Assembly (NCBI GenBank): GCA_036012755.1
Contig: DASCPX010000085.1
Span: forward strand, 1 to 30,616
DNA from: Myxococcota bacterium
GTDB lineage: Bacteria; Myxococcota_A; UBA796; CAJQPC01
Reading direction: 5' to 3'
Length of the DNA stretch: 30,616 bases
A program made the position numbers and the translations under genes. Under the pieces are notes generated by a model, which saw only the letters and a list, made by a program, of their open reading frames with translations, searched no databases and was not told the DNA's origin. Positions 26,270 through 30,616 of the stretch are shown piece after piece (position 1 is the first letter of the stretch; every line of letters begins with the position of its first letter).

Positions 26270-26917
26270 GTGCTGCTGACGCTCCTGGCCTGCGGAGACC
26301 CCGATCCCTTCGCCGCCACCACCTGCAGTCACCACTGGCCAGCGGACATCGCCGGCGCAGAGTGGCGCTACGCCGCCGCAGCGGACGGTGAGTACGGCCC
26401 CGAGGGTTGGCGCACCGTGCGCACCTCGGGCAGCCAGGAGTGGGAGTCGGCCACGGCCTTCATGGTCGAGTTCAGCGCCGAACTCGACTACGAGACCGTC
26501 GAGTCCTACGCCATCAGCGGTCGCGAGGCCTGGGTCTGCGACGAAGATGGCAGCTGGTTCCTGGGTCGCGAGCAGAGCACCGAGTGGGTCGACGGCGACG
26601 AAGATGGCAGCGACAGCTACACGCTCCTGCTCGCGGAGCCGGTGCTCATCGTGCCGAGCGAGCCAGCGGTCGGGGACGCATGGGAGGACGAGGTCGACGC
26701 GACGGTCGACCTCGGTGCGACCGGATCGATGGAGGGACCTTGGCAGGTCGCCTCGCAGATCACCGAGGACGGCCTCCACGGTGAGCACCCGACCCTCCGC
26801 ATCGAGCGCGCGGAGACCTTTCAGAACCAGACCGAGACCTTTGGGACGTGGTTCGGCGATGGTCTTGGCGTGACCCACGACGAGGGGCGCTGGGAACTCC
26901 TCGAGCTCGTCTGGTGA
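26270..26917 (+). CDS. Putative lipoprotein, beta-rich, unknown function
   Basis: MLLTLLA-C lipobox. P..PAVGDAW and WFGDGLG resemble beta-sheet-rich exported proteins. Codon pattern is coding-like. Confidence 0.75.
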   Translation: MLLTLLACGDPDPFAATTCSHHWPADIAGAEWRYAAAADGEYGPEGWRTVRTSGSQEWESATAFMVEFSAELDYETVESYAISGREAWVCDEDGSWFLGREQSTEWVDGDEDGSDSYTLLLAEPVLIVPSEPAVGDAWEDEVDATVDLGATGSMEGPWQVASQITEDGLHGEHPTLRIERAETFQNQTETFGTWFGDGLGVTHDEGRWELLELVW

Positions 26918-26928
26918 CAGGAGTGAGC

Positions 26929-28590
26929 ATGTTCTTCGTGATCGCCGCAGCTCTCGCGGCAGAAGCCGACCCGGCCCTCACCGTGGCGACGGATGAGATC
27001 CAGCGCGTGATGAGCGCGCTGGAGGACAGCGACGACGCCCCGTACTTCCTCAGCTACGGCATCGTCGAGCGTCACACCTTGCGTATCCTCGGCACCCACG
27101 GTGCTCTGGGGCACAGCACGAGCTCTCATGGGCGTGTGGCCGACGTGGACGTCCGGGTGGGCTCTCCGCAGCTGGACAACACCCACAAGATCCGAGACGC
27201 CAGCTGGTTCTCCGAGGAGCCGCGGCGGTCCATCGAGCTGCCGTTGGATGGAGATCCCGAGGCGACTCGGATCATCCTCTGGCGGGAGACGGACGACGCG
27301 TGGCAGGCCGCGGTCCGGCGCCTGTCCAAGGTGCGCGCCAACCAGGCGGTGAAGGTCGAGCGGGACGACACCAGCGACGACTTCTCGAAGGTCGAGGCGG
27401 TCGTCGACCTGGAGGATCCGGTCGCGCTGGAGGTCGACGTCGAAGCGTGGGAAGACCTTGTCCGTGAACTCAGCGCCGTCTTCCTCCAGTACCCGGATGT
27501 CCATGACTCCAACGTGGAGCTCGTCGCCGAGACGCGGTTGTTGATGTACACGAGCTCCGAGGGCACGCGGCTCCAACACCCGCGGGAGCGCTACCGGGTC
27601 AGCATCTGGGCCTATACCGTCGCCGAAGACGGCATGGAGCTGCAGGTCTACGACTACGTCGACAGCACGGATCCGGAGGGGCTGCCCGACCGCGAGGCGC
27701 TCCTGGCTTCTGCGCACGACGCCGCGCAGCGGGTCGTCGACCTGCGAAACGCGCCCTTGATGGAGCCCTACACCGGCCCCGCGATCCTCAAGGGACGCGC
27801 CTCGGGGGTCTTCTTCCACGAGATCTTCGGCCACCGGATGGAGGGCCACCGCCAGAAGGACGAGGACGAGGGGCAGACCTTCACCGACATGGTCGGAGAG
27901 CCCATCCTGCCCACCTTCCTCGACGTCGTCGACGACCCCACCCGCCGGACCTACGGCGAGGTCGACCTCAACGGCTTCTACCCCTACGACGACGAGGGGG
28001 TCGCTGCGGAGGCGGTGCACCTGGTCGACGACGGGGTGCTCCAGACCTTCCTCACCTCCCGCATGCCCATCGAGCACGTCTCGAACAGCAACGGCCACGG
28101 TCGCAGGCAGCCCGGGAACGCGGTCGTCGCGCGGCAGGGCAACCTGATCGTGGAGGCGAGCGAGACGGTCTCCTACGAGAGGCTCCGGGAGCTGCTGCTC
28201 GAGGAGCTGGAGAGACAGGACAAGCCCTACGGCCTCGTCGTCGAGGACATCACCGGTGGCTTCACCCTCACCGGGCGGGTCATCCCCAACTCCTTCAACG
28301 TGCGCCCCGTGGCCGTCTGGAGGGTCTACGCCGACGGCCGCCCGGATGAGCTGGTGCGCGGGGGGGACCTCATCGGCACGCCGCTGACGACCTTCTCGCG
28401 CATCGTCGCCGCGGGGGACGATCCAGAGGTCTTCAACGGCGTCTGCGGCGCCGAGTCCGGCTGGGTCCCCGTCAGCGCAGTCGCGCCCTCGCTCCTCATC
28501 GAGGAGATCGAGGTCCAGCGCAAGGAGAAGAGCAACGATCGCCCGCCGCTGTCGGACCCCCCCGGCGTCGTCGAGGGGGAGGACTCCTGA
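26929..28590 (+). CDS. tldD: TldD-family metalloprotease with N-terminal signal peptide
   Basis: AGGAG RBS; MFFVIAAALAA-E; FFHEIFGHRMEG (HExxxH), DDPT, YDDEGV, SNGHGR, RQGNL, C-terminal GVCGAESG Cys ligand. Confidence 0.88.
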   Translation: MFFVIAAALAAEADPALTVATDEIQRVMSALEDSDDAPYFLSYGIVERHTLRILGTHGALGHSTSSHGRVADVDVRVGSPQLDNTHKIRDASWFSEEPRRSIELPLDGDPEATRIILWRETDDAWQAAVRRLSKVRANQAVKVERDDTSDDFSKVEAVVDLEDPVALEVDVEAWEDLVRELSAVFLQYPDVHDSNVELVAETRLLMYTSSEGTRLQHPRERYRVSIWAYTVAEDGMELQVYDYVDSTDPEGLPDREALLASAHDAAQRVVDLRNAPLMEPYTGPAILKGRASGVFFHEIFGHRMEGHRQKDEDEGQTFTDMVGEPILPTFLDVVDDPTRRTYGEVDLNGFYPYDDEGVAAEAVHLVDDGVLQTFLTSRMPIEHVSNSNGHGRRQPGNAVVARQGNLIVEASETVSYERLRELLLEELERQDKPYGLVVEDITGGFTLTGRVIPNSFNVRPVAVWRVYADGRPDELVRGGDLIGTPLTTFSRIVAAGDDPEVFNGVCGAESGWVPVSAVAPSLLIEEIEVQRKEKSNDRPPLSDPPGVVEGEDS

Positions 28591-30260
28591 TGTTCGCACT
28601 CCTCATCGGACTTGCCGCCGCGGAGCCTGCTCCCGAGATCATGGAGGCCCTCGAGCTCGAGCTCGAGCGGGCCACGAAGCTGGCGCTCCAGGAGGAGCCA
28701 GAACCCTGGTGGGTCCAGCTGGAGATCGTCGATGGTGGCTACTACACCGCCTTCGCCGAGCTCGGGGCCCTGATGACCGACGAGGAGCTCCCCCATCGCG
28801 TCCTGCGCGTCGAGGTCCGCGCGGGAGACGAGAGCTTCGACTCCGCCAACTTCGACTCCTTCGGCGAACCCGACGGGGTCGTGCAGCGAGGGCTGCCGGT
28901 CGAGAACGACACGATCGCGCTCCAGAGGGAGCTCTGGCTGGCCACCGATCGGGCGTACAAGCAGGCGGTCGAGCAGCTCGCCCGGAAGGAGGCCGAGCTC
29001 GAGGGACAGGCCGAGGAGCGCCCGGCGATCTGGGCGGCTGATCCGGTCGTCGATCTCGGTGGATCGGCAAGAGCGGTGCAGGCCGACCAGATCCGGAGTC
29101 GGGTCGTGGCGGCCTCTGGTGTGCTCGCCGAGTACCCGCAGTTCGAGTCGGGCGCCGCGGCCGGTCGGGACTGGCAGGGGCTCCGCGCGATGGTGAACTC
29201 GGAGGGCACCCGCCTCGCCCAGCCCACCGGCTTCGCGGTCCTTCGGGTCGAGGCCATCCTGAAGGCCGAGGACGGCAGCCGGCTGCGCAATGGCCGCTGG
29301 TGGGTGGCCGACAGCGCTGATGGGCTGCCCTCGATCGAGGTCATCGAGGCCGAGGTCCGGGGCATGGCCGACTGGCTGGTCGAGGTGTCCACGGCGCGGG
29401 TGGTGAAGGAGTACCTCGGCCCCGTGCTCTTCTACGAGCCCGCCAGCGTCGAGCTCTTCCGCCAGCTGGCGGCGACGGAGGCCATCGGCACGCCACCCGC
29501 GGCGACCGGGCGCGGCATCTTTGGCGAGGTCGTCGACAAGCGCCCGGCGGCTCGGGTCGGCCGGCGCCTGCTGCCAGCGGGCTGGTCCATCGTGGACGAC
29601 CCCACGGCCGACGCGGTCGGTGCCTACCGCTACGACATGGACGGGGTGGCCGCCCAGCGGGTGGTGCTCGTCGAGGACGGTGTGGTTCGCAGGGTGCTGC
29701 AGTCCCGGATCCCTGCCTCTCCAGACGGCGGCTCCACCGGCCACGGCCGCAGCCTGGGCTCCGAGCGGCGAGAGGCCCAGCCCTCGATCGTGCAGGTGAT
29801 GCCTCGCAGATCTCGCTCCCTGGGCGCCCTCCAGCGCAAGGGGCTGCGCATGGCCGAGCAGGCTGGCGCCGAGGGACTCCTGGTCGTGCGGCTGCTCGAG
29901 CCGCCGGCGATGAGCGAGGACTTCGAGGTCTTCTTCACCGGCGACGCTCCACCCGCGGGGCTGACGATGCCCTACGAGGCCCTGATCCTGCACCCCGACG
30001 GCACGGAGGAGCCGGTGAGGGGGCTGCGGTTCTCTGGTGTGGACCGTCGCGCTCTCCGGGACATCGTGCTCTCGGGCGAGACCGGTGAATACGTCGGCGT
30101 CCTCGACGGTCGGCCCGGGCCGGCTCGGTACCACATCGGCGCGGTCGGCGGCATGCCCGGTGCCTGGGCGGCGCCCCCGATCCTGGTCTCCGAGATGGAG
30201 CTGGTCGGCAACCACGGTGGCGACCCTCGCCGGATCCCGAGGCCTCCGAGCGCGGAGTAG
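28590..30260 (+). CDS. TldE/PmbA-like non-catalytic partner with N-terminal signal peptide
   Basis: TGATG coupling to tldD; MFALLIGLAAA-E; YLGPVL, DDPT, YDMDGV, STGHGR, EEPVRG motifs; HExxH replaced by LFRQL. Confidence 0.82.
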   Translation: MFALLIGLAAAEPAPEIMEALELELERATKLALQEEPEPWWVQLEIVDGGYYTAFAELGALMTDEELPHRVLRVEVRAGDESFDSANFDSFGEPDGVVQRGLPVENDTIALQRELWLATDRAYKQAVEQLARKEAELEGQAEERPAIWAADPVVDLGGSARAVQADQIRSRVVAASGVLAEYPQFESGAAAGRDWQGLRAMVNSEGTRLAQPTGFAVLRVEAILKAEDGSRLRNGRWWVADSADGLPSIEVIEAEVRGMADWLVEVSTARVVKEYLGPVLFYEPASVELFRQLAATEAIGTPPAATGRGIFGEVVDKRPAARVGRRLLPAGWSIVDDPTADAVGAYRYDMDGVAAQRVVLVEDGVVRRVLQSRIPASPDGGSTGHGRSLGSERREAQPSIVQVMPRRSRSLGALQRKGLRMAEQAGAEGLLVVRLLEPPAMSEDFEVFFTGDAPPAGLTMPYEALILHPDGTEEPVRGLRFSGVDRRALRDIVLSGETGEYVGVLDGRPGPARYHIGAVGGMPGAWAAPPILVSEMELVGNHGGDPRRIPRPPSAE

Positions 30261-30281
30261 TCCCTGTGGGGCTGGCCCCCT

Positions 30282-30416
30282 CGAGCTCCTGGGTGCCGAT
30301 GGCTGCGAGCCCTCGGGTGCTGATGGTCGCGTGTCCTCGGGCGCTGATGGTCGCGTGTCCTCGAGTCCCTGGGCGCTGATGGCCGCGAGCCCTCGGTCGC
30401 TGTTGGCTGCGAGCCC
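30282..30416. repeat. Degenerate 24-bp tandem repeat (5 full units plus partial units)
   Basis: Units start at 30282, 30306, 30330, 30362 and 30386 (consensus near CGAGCCCTCGGGCGCTGATGGYYG), with an 8-bp partial at 30354 and a 7-bp partial at 30410. Confidence 0.9.
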
Positions 30417-30417
30417 G

Positions 30418-30527
30418 TGCCCCCGGCGAAGCGGGACGGTTCGTTGCGCATCTTCGAGGCCTCCGCGTTGCCCTCGGCGAAGCGGGACGATTCGTTGCGC
30501 ATCTTCGAGGGCTCCGCGTTGCCCCCG
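30418..30527. repeat. 51-bp tandem duplication (2 copies plus 8 bp)
   Basis: 30418-30468 and 30469-30519 differ at 3 of 51 positions. Confidence 0.92.
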
Positions 30528-30616
30528 CTCCTGGCCCGGACAGTTTCTGACCGCCCTCCTCGATACAAGCACTGGTGCTCTCGTCAGAAGACCCCACCCC
30601 TGTCGCAGGCGCGCTG

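Noticed and set aside
30282..30527. Possible CRISPR array
   Set aside because: Units are contiguous and degenerate with no unique spacers, and no cas genes are present in the window.
29972..30568. 198-aa minus-strand repeat-containing ORF
   Set aside because: Its repeats simply mirror the DNA repeats, it overlaps the tldE-like gene in antisense, and it has no clear RBS or domain.

Overview
High-GC bacterial chromosomal window. The Hanks-type kinase-TM-TPR proteins, secreted TldD/E pair and Ig-repeat lipoprotein suggest a Myxococcota/deltaproteobacterial-type genome (inference). In order: (1) a multiply deleted IS66 remnant whose right end cuts off a Tat-exported sulfatase; (2) a divergent glycosylation locus with two GT2 glycosyltransferases and a metallophosphoesterase on the minus strand and rmlC-rmlA-rmlB (no rmlD) on the plus strand; (3) a tandem pair of paralogous membrane receptor kinases with periplasmic TPR domains, one intact non-RD kinase and one degenerate probable pseudokinase; (4) an RPH/PigC-architecture phosphotransferase divergent from P5C dehydrogenase; (5) an Ig-repeat lipoprotein followed by a collapsed MBOAT/SGNH acyltransferase pair that the ORF track misses; (6) an operon of XPB helicase, an Arg-rich helicase-associated WYL protein and xseB behind a near-consensus promoter and structured leader; (7) adenosine deaminase divergent from an operon of a very acidic protein, a lipoprotein and signal-peptide-bearing TldD/TldE; (8) terminal 24-bp and 51-bp tandem repeats. 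No rRNA, tRNA or CRISPR array was recognised. The best candidates for an undescribed system are the kinase/pseudokinase TPR receptor pair, the XPB-WYL-XseB operon and the exported TldD/E operon. All calls come from reading motifs by eye; no searches were run.
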